A DNA stretch of 63,862 nt, the filler included, from Octopus bimaculoides (lineage: Eukaryota): assembly GCF_001194135.2 (NCBI RefSeq). It is 7 parts of 5 records of this genome, joined end to end, with 100 filler letters (N's around TTAATTAATTAA, not from the genome) between each part and the next. Parts side by side here need not be neighbours in the genome. Positions count along the whole stretch, not along the records: positions 5,033 to 19,167 come from NC_068997.1; positions 19,268 to 44,049 come from NC_068988.1; 5 more parts are not named here. The stretch is one strand, 5' to 3'. Shown here piece by piece: positions 11,265-24,020 of the stretch. Numbering within the stretch: position 1 is the stretch's first letter; every line of letters begins with the position of its first letter. The position numbers were made by a program, and so were the translations under genes. The notes below the pieces were generated by a model. The model saw only the letters and a program-made list of their open reading frames with translations, had not been told where the DNA came from and made no database searches.

Positions 11265-12940
11265 TTAGGATCAAAGTGTTTCATGACTCAGACAACCTTC
11301 TGCTCCGATCACCTTTTGCAAACTAGATGGTGCGAAATTGCCTGTGATCATCCGCGGTTTTAGCTGAACCTTGATGAATCCGACATCCTCTGGAGGAATG
11401 CTTCCTTAGTTCCTTTAGCCATGGATGGATAGATTGTTAATATGTGGCTTTCACCAATACTCGATCATTCAATTATTCAATTCATATCTCTTTCACAATC
11501 AACATTATATTTTTTTCTGCCATTTTCAGATTAATCAGCATTTTCACAAGTCTGTTGATGCTATCTCAGATAACGATAAGAGTTTAAGAGTCTTCATGTG
11601 CTCCATGCTGCTGAACAACAATTAGTGGAAACACGCAACATCTTACATGTCTGAAACTTGGAATCATTCTTTTTCACCACTTCTCTTTTTGTTTTTCTTT
11701 TTGTTTACTGTCTCCAACGGCTCTTTGCCTTATTTTCATATTTTTACTTCTGTCTCCAGCTTTTCACTCTCACTGCTAGATGAGAGAGTGGAGGTGCTGC
11801 ATTGGCTGGGCCTGTGAAAGCGAAGAAGATTCCTCAGGTTATCGGCGCCCTGGCCTGTTACCCTCATCTGGTGCTGGTAGTTCTGAGGATGAAGTGATTC
11901 CACTTGTCTTTGCTTTCGTTCCGGCTGTTATCCGAGCTGAAAACAATGGCACTACGAAAACAGCAGCATGGCAGCCATAGCAGCAGCAATAACAGTGGTA
12001 GTTGTAGCAGTAGCAACATCAACAATAGCAGCAGTAGTAGCAGCAGCGAGAGCAGCAGCAATGAACTTCATGTCATGACTTTGCCGGTGTCATAACCTCT
12101 TCTACTATCTAATGCCTTCACTTTTGCTTTTGAAATTCTTCCTCCATGTAGTGCGACACCAAATTGCCGACAGGTGTGTAGTCTATGTGTCGTACCTGCC
12201 TTCTCGCCTCATTCTTTATTTTTGAAACTAGCTTCCATATGTACTACTTCGATACCAAGTTGTACATACCCATTCACACATCGGTCACCTCGTTCTTTAA
12301 CTTTCCTTTCAAGGACATATGGAAACAAATAACCCCTTCCACAAAAAAAGCAACAAAATGACAGCGTTATGCCACCTCCCTTCGCGCTTTTTCCTCGACG
12401 AATTCTTCAAGAAAGGAGACTTTCTCGTCTTACTCCATCATAACTTCTCCTTTTCTTTGAGTTCTTTATGTCACGCACTTGCAAAAGGTGAATTTTAGAA
12501 ATGGTGCCGTTGCTCGTATTTTTCTATTTATATTAATGTTTTTAAATGTATTCCTTCAGTATTTTGCATTACACAACTGTAGGTTAAGTCTGTTTCTTTA
12601 AGTTTCGTGTTTGAAACTATTTGAGAATAGGAAGATGTGTTTGTTTACTGCCACCACCACTCTAGGGAGTACCTCTTCTTGTTTCCTTTAACATAATTTT
12701 CAGCTACAAATAATAATACAAGTTAACGTGCGAAAATATATACATAGTAAAAAGCATTGTTTCGACGAAGATTTTTGCTCTTTTTTTCAGTCCAAGTTTA
12801 ATGAAGAGAGACATTCAAATACGCACAAACTAAAACAAAAGTTAACTAAAAAATTAAAAAGAGAAAAAAAGATGATTTAGGTAATCTGATGTAAAATTCT
12901 TCTTCGCAGGAACTCTAAAACACATTTCTATTTGTGTGAA

Positions 12941-13168
12941 AATAATAATAATAATCTTTTCTGCTATAGGTGCAAGGCATGAAATTTTGGGGAGGGGACT
13001 AGAAGATTATATCGGCCCCAGTGTTTCTCTGGTACTTAATTTATCGACCCCGAAAGGATGAAAGGCAAAGTAGACCTTGGCGGAATTTGAACTCAAAACG
13101 TAGCGACGGGCGAAATACCTCTAAGCATTTCACCCAGTGTGCTAACGATTCTGACAGCTCGCCGCCTT
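12941..13168 (-). mobile_element. SINE family B
   Basis: Matches the family B consensus and has an (ATT)n tail. Confidence 0.88.
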
Positions 13169-13436
13169 TAGTGGCCCTATAACAAAAGCCACGACAGTCG
13201 AGTCCTTATCACCTCTAATTTAGTAATAGTGTTTTTATTATTTCGTCAGTTAATGATACACACACATAGACACACACCTGCATATGAAAGAGTTGTTGGG
13301 AAAACGTAATATATACATATATTAAAACAGTTCAGAAATTCATCACATGATCAAATACAGGTTACGCCACTCCTCCTAAGGAGGGAAAAACCGCTACCAA
13401 AACTATAGACATTCAAACATACATACATGCACACGC

Positions 13437-13494
<58 letters not shown>

Positions 13495-14551
13495 CTGCGG
13501 AAGAATAGGAATTCACGCATACACATACATATACATCCATCGATCATTCTTTACATACACATATACATATATATATAGTACACTTTATACGACAATAGCG
13601 CATGATTCGAATGGAATTTGTTATGTGTTTCTGGCAGGTCGATTCACTACATAGACACTCCCTTTCGATGTTATCGTTTCACCTTAGGCCAGTTCTTATC
13701 GAGCGGACCTATGATCATAGATGTTTCATTGTGACCATTTCATACCATTTTTTAGGCATAGTGTTTCTAGGAACACAATATCCAAAATAGTCTTTTAAAA
13801 GATAGTAGGGTGTCAGTTGAGGAAAATTTAGTTGTTATTTTTAGCAAAACAAGCGACCATCTAGAAGCTTCTCTGTTGGTTTGGCGATGCTCATGTTCTA
13901 AACGTTGATTAAATGCTGACCCTGGTGTAGTTAAGTGTTGGGTATGAGGTAATGAACATTGACTGTTGTGAAATGCTGACTCATGAAATAGCAATCTGTT
14001 CATACTTAACATAGATACGTCACGGAAAGCCAGATTGAGTGCAGTGTTCGTCCAGAGATAATATCTTTCATGGACGTACTCTGTTAAATAACACAAAGAT
14101 ATATCAGGAGCAGAAGAAGATTGTCAGGCAGCGGTGGTGAAAGTGCAAGATGCACATTTCTTCTTGTGTGGGCTCCGTCAGCAACATGTACCCACGAGCA
14201 GCCGCATGTTAAGAAAAAATTCCGTCGTCACCACTATAGAAAAACAGTGATTGAGAAATTACTGATGTTACAATTAGCCGGCCAGCGGAGTAAAAATTCG
14301 TTATGCTTAACAGAAGCAGTTTCATTTTAAAAATAATAAAATATATATCATACTTAATGTAAATACAGCACGGATGGCCAAAACGACTCTTGTCTTTGAA
14401 GTGTAAAACGTCGATAGTAAAGTGTTAACAGCTGACTGCGAATGATTAAACATTGGTTGTGAAGCGTTAGCTGTTGAGTGTTAACTCAATACGCACCCCG
14501 ACACACGTACATACATACATATATACTTACATACTGACATACATATATGTA

Positions 14552-14625
<74 letters not shown>

Positions 14626-15188
14626 TACTGAGAATTAACTGTTGGCTGTGAAATGCTAACAGTTGACTGTGAAGACTTCGTTCCTTGATCGATATGATCA
14701 ATAATGTGTGAAACTCTAATTTATGCCAAACGCAATCCGAAATTCAATCCAATTTGCCAGCCGCAGCAATGATATCTTGTTGCATATATCTGATATGATG
14801 ATATTGATGATAAACAAATACTAATATCCAAATCAATAGAAAAATAAATCAGAAACCGAAGCAAAGTGAAACATACAGGGTGATGGGGTTGAGACAGAGA
14901 GCAGGGAGGGAGAGAAAGAAAGAGTGATCGCGGGATAGTGCGTCGCAAAAAGAGAGACATAGAGAAGGGAGAGAGGGAAAGAGAGAAAGGGTGGGAGGAA
15001 GTGAATTAGATATGCATACACACATGCAGCTACACATACACATATACAAACAAACACACATCATCCCACGCACAGACATTAAATATCAAGAAATGCATAT
15101 TTACAAAGACGCAAACATAAAAATGCATAAATTGATACCCAAATATGTGCGTATGTGTATATATGAGAAGCCATACTTACACACACAC

Positions 15189-15258
<70 letters not shown>

Positions 15259-15269
15259 GTGTGTGTCAC

Positions 15270-15303
<34 letters not shown>

Positions 15304-15441
15304 ATGTATGCGCTTGTGTGTCTTTGTATCTGTATGCGGGTAAAAAAGCTTGAACTACGACTAAATGGATAAACTCTACGATGTGTATTGAGTGCATTTT
15401 ATCTCGTTTGTAAATTCAAATGTGTGTGTGTATGTATGTTT

Positions 15442-15505
<64 letters not shown>

Positions 15506-15525
15506 ACATACATACATACATACAT

Positions 15526-15586
<61 letters not shown>

Positions 15587-15675
15587 TTAAAAACATAATA
15601 AATGCACAAACAAACGGGAAACAGACAATTAGTTATCGGCCAGAAGGGCAAACGCAATTTTGCGCCTTATATATG

Positions 15676-16029
15676 TTGATTTCCAACTTAATGCGAAGGT
15701 TGTATTAGAATTACAGAATATTTACCTTGATTCACCTTGAGAGAATCTCTCACAAGAACTCTTGGTGCATAAAAGCACTCGTCATTATATCGTTGACAGA
15801 CGAGAATCGAATGTTACAGCCACCGGGACTGCCAGATCCCGTGATTTCATCCTGCTGTGGGTTCTTCAGTGGCAACTGTTCAGCAGCGACATAACAGCCG
15901 ATTTTCGTCTGCCAACAATATATTTGCGAGTGCTTTTATGCACCACGAGTCGTTATGAGAGATTCTCTCAATGTAAATAATGCAGCATCCGGTGTTCTAA
16001 CACAACCTTCGCGTTAAGTTGGAGATCAA
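15676..16029. mobile_element. Fold-back MITE with inverted arms of about 140 bp
   Basis: ttgatttccaacttaatgcgaaggttgtattagaa pairs with ttctaacacaaccttcgcgttaagttggagatcaa. The inner arms ttgagagaatctctca...ggtgcataaaagcactcg also pair. Confidence 0.8.
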
Positions 16030-16158
16030 GATTACCATTTGATATTAATACTGCTTCTGTCGTTATCAACTGTCACACATGCAAACGCACACACACTTAT
16101 ATGGATACAATCGCGCGCGCACGCACACACATGTGTAATATAATATGATATATATATA

Positions 16159-16380
16159 AGATGGTGAGCTGGCAGAAACGCTAGCACGCCGGGCGAAATG
16201 CTTAGCGGCATTTTGTCTGTCTTTATGTTCTGAGTTCAAATTCCGCCAAGGTCGACTTTGCCTTTCATCCTTTCGGGGTCGATAAGTTAAGTACCAGTTG
16301 CTTACTGGAGCCGATCTAATCGATTGACCCTCCTCCCCGCAAATTTCGGGCCTTGTGCCAAGAGTAGAAAAGAATATATT
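16159..16380 (+). mobile_element. SINE family B
   Basis: A/B-box head and family consensus body. Confidence 0.88.
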
Positions 16381-16443
16381 ATATATACTTACATACATAC
16401 ATACATNNNNNNNNNNNNNNNNNNNNNATATATATATACATAC

Positions 16444-16483
<40 letters not shown>

Positions 16484-16550
16484 TTCATTCATTCATTAAT
16501 CGTTGGATTCATTTGAATCAAGGAATTTTAGTATCTGATATTCTGGTGAT

Positions 16551-16591
<41 letters not shown>

Positions 16592-16596
16592 CACCG

Positions 16597-16740
16597 ATAG
16601 GATTCTACATAGTTTTCGTATACCAATGTCACTCACAGGGTATTAGTCGACTAGGACATTAGTCGAAGACACTGCCGCACAGAGGGACTGAACCCAAAAC
16701 CACGTGGTTGAAAGTGCGGTTCATAACCACACAACCACGT
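16597..16740 (-). mobile_element. SINE family A head fragment, decayed
   Basis: gggactgaacccaaaaccacgtggtt...accacacaaccac matches the head of the 40-435 copy. Confidence 0.7.
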
Positions 16741-17586
16741 CTGATTCTATAAAAGCTAACGCCTGAATCGTTATATTAAATACCAGTTTGACTCAGTTAC
16801 TCATTACTTAAAGTTTCAGTGACTCCAGCGCATTCATCTCCCCCTCCCCTCCACCATTACCGAATATTTAATGAAGTGGACGTATTCTTCGTGCAAGAAA
16901 CTTGAAATAATGTAGATCTGAGTGAAACTGTTATGAAATACATGTAACTCGAACCAAATGTGTTTAGTGCTACTTTCTTTCGTTTGTTCTCTCACTCGTT
17001 GTATCATAAATAATTTTAGAAATATCCATTTGCTGCCTTTGTACGCATTGACAGTTTTGTAAAGTTTAAAAAACAAGCACAAACTTTTATTTCTTTTCGT
17101 TTCTATATTTTTCCTTTCGCATATGTTATTCCGATAATTAAAACACTCACAAAATTAATGACACGCAAATTTTCTTTGTTTTTAATTGCTTTTCCTCATT
17201 GTATTAAGTTTTTCGGCATGGTGAAAACATTTAATTATAGTTACAATTATTTATTATATTATTATATTATTATTGTTATGATTTTTTCAATGCATATATA
17301 ATATTTCTAAAATTCATTTTAATTCTGACATCATAATTCTCTTTCGTCTGTTAAATCTATACAAATATGTAAATCTCTTCGACATTTTCCTTTCTTATTA
17401 GCACCCCATCCCAAAATGACGAAGTTCTATGTCCCCTGCAGACCCTTAGAGACTAGCGATATCGGTGCAACCGAAATTCCATTGGGGGTTGAAATTCACA
17501 GCAAGAATAATTGTGAGAAAAATGTTTAGTACTGTATCTGTGAGAAGGTGAGATTATGGATTACGTGAGGAGGAGCTAGCTTGTTC

Positions 17587-17812
17587 AGAGAGCTGGCAGA
17601 ACCTTTTAGCATATCGGTCAAAATGCTTAACGGAATTTCTACCAGCTCTTTACGTTCTGAGTTCGAATCCTGCAGTCATCAGTTTTATCGTTCATTCTTT
17701 TATTGTCGATAGAATAAAGCACCAGTCAAGTGCTGGGGACGATGTAATCGACTTGCCCACTTCCCTCAAGATTGCTGCCTTTCTGCAAAATTTAGAAAGA
17801 ATTATTATTATT
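17587..17812 (+). mobile_element. SINE family B, decayed
   Basis: gagctggcagaacc...gttctgagttcgaatcc...gatgtaatcgacttg. Confidence 0.75.
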
Positions 17813-17874
17813 TGTCTTGTCATATCTCCATCAAAGGATGATTTAAAGTATCTCTTGAAATATATATTAATGTG

Positions 17875-18090
17875 GAAGGTCTTAAAATGATGGGTAGATG
17901 ACGTCAAGGTGTGGGTGTTTAAGTTACGGGTAGATGACATCAGGATGCAAGACATTTAAATTTCTTGAAGATGGCATCTTGACGTGAAGTGTTTAATTTA
18001 TGGGTTGAAGATGCTTTGAAATTATCTATTGATGACGTCAGGACTTGAGGTGTTTAAATTACGGGTTGATGACGTCTTGAGCAGGTGAGT
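17875..18090 (+). repeat. Degenerate minisatellite of about 38 bp with a TGACGTCA core
   Basis: About 5-6 units of tttaaattacgggttgatgacgtc-like sequence. Confidence 0.7.
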
Positions 18091-18419
18091 TAGAGCCGAA
18101 GTGCAGGATGTCATTCTTTTACGTAGCGAGAGTAATTTAGTTGTAGACGAGGAAGAGTATGTGAGATATTACTGGACATTGAGATACATCATAGCGGATA
18201 GGTATTGGTAGTATAGGAACATACTAGTTGATATGGTCATGGGTGGAATGCTTGTGCTCATAAGCCTACTTGGGCGCTAAGCTGCAATGAAAATGAAAAT
18301 AACAGCAACACAGCGCAGATTCAAAGGAAGTTAACGGCGGGGCGCTGTTGTTACTGATGTTGGTATTTATAATTCATATTGATAACATTGGTATTCATAT
18401 TGACAATGTTGCTGCCAGA

Positions 18420-18833
18420 ACCCTGAGCGGCATTTCGTCCGTCTTTACGTTCTGAGTTCAAATTCCACCGGGCTCGACTTTGGCTTTCATCCTTTTGGGG
18501 GTTGATAATATAAATACCAGTTGAGTACTGGGGTCGATGTAATCGACTAGCCTCTCCCTTCAAATCAAATTTCAGCCCTTGGGTTTATACCAGAAAGAAT
18601 TATTTATTCTCTATCAGGGCGGCGAAGCTGGCAGAATCGTTAGCATGTCGGGCAAATGCTTAGCGGCAATGTTGTCCTTTATGTTCTGAGTTCAAATTTC
18701 GCCGGGGGTCGACTTAGCTTTTCATTCTTTCAGAGTCGATAAAATAAGTACCAGTTGAGTACTGGGTCGATGTAATCAACTTATACCCTTCTCCGAAACT
18801 GCTGGCCTTGTGCCAAAATTTGAAATCAATATT
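18420..18833 (+). mobile_element. Two head-to-tail SINE family B copies (18420-18608 5'-truncated; 18617-18833)
   Basis: Both match the family B consensus. Confidence 0.85.
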
Positions 18834-19399
18834 AATGGTATTGGCAGTGATGCTATTCTTACAGCAATCGTATTATTGCTGCTGATAGCAGCGATGGTGT
18901 CAGTGTTGGTGCTGGTGTTATTGATGGGGCTGGATTACGTATAGTTGGTATTATTACCAGTGATGGCAGTTTTGTCGCCAAAGGCGATGGTGTTGGTGTT
19001 GGAGTTGGTGGTAGTGTTGTGGGGATGATGTTTTTTTGTGGGAGTGGTTGTGTTCATAGTTGGTAGATTATATCAGATTCTCTGCATTTTAAGTTTTATG
19101 GTTACCATAATCCAAAATATTCTATTCCTCTGACAACGCGCGCGCGCGCGCACACACACACACACACNNNNNNNNNNNNNNNNNNNNNNNNNNNNNNNNN
19201 NNNNNNNNNNNTTAATTAATTAANNNNNNNNNNNNNNNNNNNNNNNNNNNNNNNNNNNNNNNNNNNNTATATATATATTTTCATTCTATTTGAAAAATAG
19301 AAATCATTACGAAACCACTTTCTTTTCACTATCGTTTCTTTTTTTTTATTTTATCTCTCTAGAATTATTTAGAATTATAAATTTTGTTTTTCGTTTTCG

Positions 19400-19950
19400 T
19401 ACACATCTTCGTTACCTTCTCCCACTCTCTCTTTCATACCTACCTCTTCCTTTCTCCTTCACTCACATATATTTCTCCCTTTCTCGCTCCTCTCTCCCTC
19501 CCTTTATCTCTCTTTATACCTACCTCTTTCCCTCTCTCTTCCATATCTTCCTCTTTTTCTCATCTCTCTCCCTCCCTTTCATATCTTCCTCCTTTTCTCA
19601 CTTCTCTTTCCCTTCCTCTGTCTCTCTCAACATCACTTCATCCTTTCCTGCTTCTCACTCTCTCTCCCTCCCTTTCTCTTCCCATCCTCTCCCTCCCTCT
19701 GTCTCCCTTTCTCTTCCCCTCATCTTCCTCATTCTGTCTCTCTTTTTCTCCTCCTCCTCTACCTACCTCTGTCTCGCTAACATCACACACTCCCTTCTCT
19801 TGTCTTCATATCACCCTCTCTCTTTCCTTCATATCACTCTCTCTCTTTCCTTCATATCTCCCTCTCTCTTTCCCTATTCTCCCCTCTGTTTTTTTTTCTT
19901 TTCTTCCTCCTTGTATCTCTCACTTCCTCACTATCCTCTACTCCCCCTCT
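19400..19950. repeat. CT-rich low-complexity tract
   Basis: Base composition. Confidence 0.8.
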
Positions 19951-19967
19951 GGGCTTAAAACACGAAT

Positions 19968-20914
19968 ATGGCACCAAAGTGAGGGAAGAAAGAATTGAAT
20001 TTTCTGTTGCGAGCATGGGTTATTGCTAGTGGCGATCCGCCAAACAACATCATCACTGCTGCACTGAAACACTATGGCTTTTGTAGAACCATTGATCAGA
20101 TAGAGCGAAAGAAAAATGAATTTATCCGATCCTATATGCTTATCAGACACCCTGGATGTCATAATGGAAAGCTATTGTGGAAAGGCTGATAACGATAGAG
20201 AAAAGGAAACAAAACTCAGAAGTCTCTTTGATCCAGTGGTTCCTCAAAAGAATGGATCCCCCACCCCTGTGAACGACCAGACAGAAAAGGATAGGGGGGG
20301 GGGCAAGGAAGCAGCAACCAGAAGCCCCTCTGAGCCAGTGGTCCTAAAAAGGAACGGAGCCCTCACCCCATTGGACAACCAGAGAAATGAAATTCCCATC
20401 ACATGAAAAGGAAGGACAGAACACGAACACGAACATAAAGAAGGAAAGGGGGGAAAAGGAAAAGGAAAAAATGAAATACCCGAAACCCCAACCCACCAAA
20501 TAAAAAGCAGAAAACCCCATGGAGAATCCAATGTAATCCAAAACCATAGAAGAGAGAAGTTTGGAGGGCACTCAAGGACCTGCAAATTTTACCTGCAAGG
20601 CAAATGTTGGCATGGGGAAGACGGCAAAAATTGCCTGTTGCTCACTCTAGAGCCCACCAAAATTACAGGGGCCTTAAGGAGAAAAACGTCCCTGAGAAAA
20701 GACAACAATCGTCTCCAAAGAAAAAAATATACAAAAGAAGTGCGCTCTTCGACGGTTATGCACAAGGCAGCAGCTGAACAAGAGTCCTTTTTGTGCATGG
20801 CGCAAAATATTGTGCAGCAGCTAATCTGGCTATACCAAGCGCAAACAAGGAACCTTTCCCACCACTGCGCAAGACCACCAGTCAACGGACATGGGATGAC
20901 CTCCCCTAACGCCT
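19968..20914 (+). pseudogene. LINE ORF1 remnant: Myb/SANT-like N-terminus plus CCCH zinc finger
   Basis: MAPK*GKKELNFLLRAW...IITAALKHYGFCRTIDQIERK from 19968. CKFYLQGKCWHGEDGKNC at 20581, with the His reached through a frameshift. Confidence 0.6.
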
Positions 20915-23792
20915 GAACAATCGTCACGCCAATATTTTTACTAAATATTGGGGGCCTGTTGCATCATAATGAAAGCAAAGTTTTTTTTCCTGAGAGATTT
21001 TGCTGCATGCAATCAAGCCCTATGCTTAGCACTCGTGGAAACTCACCTCAGCCCTGATATAGAGAATGCAGAAGTACAAGTACCAAAACGAGCCATACTG
21101 CGAACAGACAGAAGGGAAAGGAGCCATGGTGGAGTTGCTGTATACATCCGTGATGACCTCACACTCTAGGTCTTACTGTCATACTCAAATTCAGTATGTG
21201 ACACTCTAATTGTATACATAAGACAACACAATATAGTCATATGCAATACATATTGCCCACCGGATGCTCCAAGCCATATAGGCAAGTTTGAAGATTGCTT
21301 CACAAGAATTAAAGAAATCCTCATGAAACTGGAACACCACGTGAGCATATATCTTATGAGTGATTTCAACTTCCCCAACGTTAAATGGCCTGAAGGCCTC
21401 ATGCTCTCAGGAATGACTCATTGCAAACAAGCACAGGTGGAGTCCCTGCTCAACCTCACCAATGCCCTATTCATGAAGCAAGTTGTACTCAGACCAACTA
21501 GGGCAAATAAAATTTTGGATCTCTGCTTCACGAACAATATGGACATCGTTCATGATATGAAAGTGATGCCGACATTAGTCTCGGATCACAACATAATAGA
21601 GCTGTCTATGTTTGAGCCGAAAGTAGCCAGAGACATGCAGCCTAAAGGAAGCACTCGAAATCTCTCCAATCTGAACTTCCACAAAGCAGACTGGAAATCG
21701 ATCCAAAAAGAGATCCTCAGACAAGACTGGCCGAAATGTCTCTCCACTCCAGATATTGGCATGAAACTAGAATATTTCATGTCTGTTGTGCATGCCATAT
21801 CCCAGAAATATGCCCCAGAGCACAAGGCCAAAACAAATAGGAACAAGATTACAAGGGAAAGGAAGAAGCCAGGGTTATAAAAAAACATTAAATCAAACCT
21901 AAAGGCCTTCTTTCATTACGCGAAAGAAACGCTGCAAGATAGGACTCCTCTTCCAAAAGGATGGCTCCCTCACAGATAGTCCAACCAGGATCAGTGAGGT
22001 ACTGAATGACCAGTTCAAAAGTGTCTTTTCCACCCCGTTGGAATACACACAAGTAACGAACCAGTGGACTTCTTTGCCGCCTCACCTGTAACCAGCGAGG
22101 CAGTTACAATGGAATACATCAGCATTAGCGAAGAAGATATACTAATAATCTCTACCATAGATGAGGTGGACGCAAACTCAACTGCTGGTCCTGATGGTTT
22201 CTCAGCAATCCTCCCCAAATCCTGTAGGCATGTCCTGGCAAAACCCTCCAGATTCTCTTCCAGAGCCTTCTTGCAAATGGCAGACTACCAAGCAAGCTAA
22301 AGGAGGGAATAATATGCCAAATCCATGAAGGGGAAGCCGAGCAGATGCCAAAAACTATAGGCCTATCTCTCTGACTTCACACATCAGCAAAGTTATGGAA
22401 CGGATATTCAGAGGGAAACTAATCGCATTCCTTGAAGAAAATAACTTGTTGAGTGATACCCAGCATGGCTTTCGACCAGGTAGGAGCTGCCTGACCCAGC
22501 TCTTACGTTATGACTGGGTGTTGAGGCAGTTACTCAACAACTCAAATGTGGACGTAATATACGTTGATTTTGCAAAAGCTTTTGACAAAGTGGATCATGG
22601 TATGATATGCTACAAACTGCGTGATCTCAGCATAGCTGAAAAGCTTGGAGAGTGGTTACATGACTTTCTGAAAGATAGAAGTCAGGCAGTAGTGACCAAT
22701 GGAGCCACCTCAATGAGAACACAAATAGTGAGCGGTGTTCCACAGGGCACTGTCTTGGGGCCACTGTTTTTCATAGTGGCCCTCTCAGATATGCCCTCAA
22801 CCGCTCGGATAGCCACCCTTGCTAGCTACGCAGACGATACGAATGTTTCGCAGAAAATACAGAACCCCAGCGATGTTGCACATCTGCAGCAGGAGTTGGA
22901 CTCAATTTACAGATGGGCTGTGGATAATAATATGCAGTTTAATGCTGAACAATTCCAAGCCTTGTGCTACCAGCGTCCAAAACTGAATATGAAACTTACA
23001 GGGCACACTGGCCCACAGGTAATTACAATCTCAGAGCCTAAATCATTGAGGGACCTGGGTATCGACATCCGTGATGATACTTCTTTCCAAGTGCACATCA
23101 CCAGGATGGTGACAAAATGCAGACGACTGGCTGGCTGGATCCAGAGAACATTCAGAACAAGAGATAAGGAAACCACAATGGTCCTCTAGAGGAATTCATC
23201 ATCAGCCACCTGGATTACTGTTCCCAGCTATGGTCACCCAACAGTGTAAAATTAACAGCGGATCTTGAAGCAATCCAGAGAAGCTTCACAAAGAAGATCG
23301 TCTAATTGCAACAGCTCAGCTACAGGGAAAGAAACAGCTAAGACTTTACTCTCTGGAGCCAAGGCGGGAGAGGTGTGCAGTAATATACATCTGGAAGATC
23401 CTGGAAGGAACTGTGCCTAATTTTGGCATTGAAAGCTACACCAATGCCAGAACGGATCGATACTGCATAGTGCCAAAGATCCCAGCAATGCCATCGCGCT
23501 TCAGGACCAGTTACTGCAACAGCCTGGGTTTCAGGGGCCCGCCGGTTTTTTATATTCTCTCAAAGAGCTTGAGGAACCTGCACAAAGTAGATGTAGGCGT
23601 TTTAAAATCAAGGCTGGATCTCTTCCTGTCGAGAATCCCAGATGAACCAAACTCACCGCAAGAGGTGCAAATGAGGGTAGCTACACCAAACTCCATTCTT
23701 CACCAAGTGCCACATATTGGAGGAGGCTCTCAGTAACAACAGTGTAGCAAAACGGTGGTAACCCAGCTGGGCCACAGCTCTGAGCTGAAACT

Positions 23793-23796
<4 letters not shown>
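19968..23796 (+). mobile_element. Near full-length decayed CR1/L2-group LINE (ORF1 plus APE-RT ORF2) with a (TA)n tail
   Basis: Endonuclease motifs: LVETHL, GGVAVY, SDFNFP, LDLCFTNN, SDHNII. RT motifs: AGPDG, NYRPISLTS, QHGFRPGRSC, DFAKAFDKV, GVPQGTVLGP, YADD. C-terminal KSRLDLFLSRIPDEP. Many stops and frameshifts. Confidence 0.93.
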
Positions 23797-23847
<51 letters not shown>

Positions 23848-23907
23848 CATACATATATATATATATATATTATATATATGTAATATATATATAGTATATA
23901 TATATAA

Positions 23908-23940
<33 letters not shown>

Positions 23941-24020
23941 TCATATATGTATATGTATATTATATATATATATATTATATTTATATATATATTATACACA
24001 CACACATACATATACATATA
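23797..24020. repeat. (TA)n-rich microsatellite (LINE tail)
   Basis: Direct observation. Confidence 0.9.

Noticed and set aside
11300-12200. Kinase (CASK-like) pseudogene suggested by HPWLKE and FGVA..GGR
   Set aside because: Motif spacing is inconsistent, no HRD/DFG/APE equivalents were found, and the suggestive words overlap in different frames.
17402-17547. AG...AAG|gtgaga exon-like segment
   Set aside because: All three frames contain stops and there is no homology.
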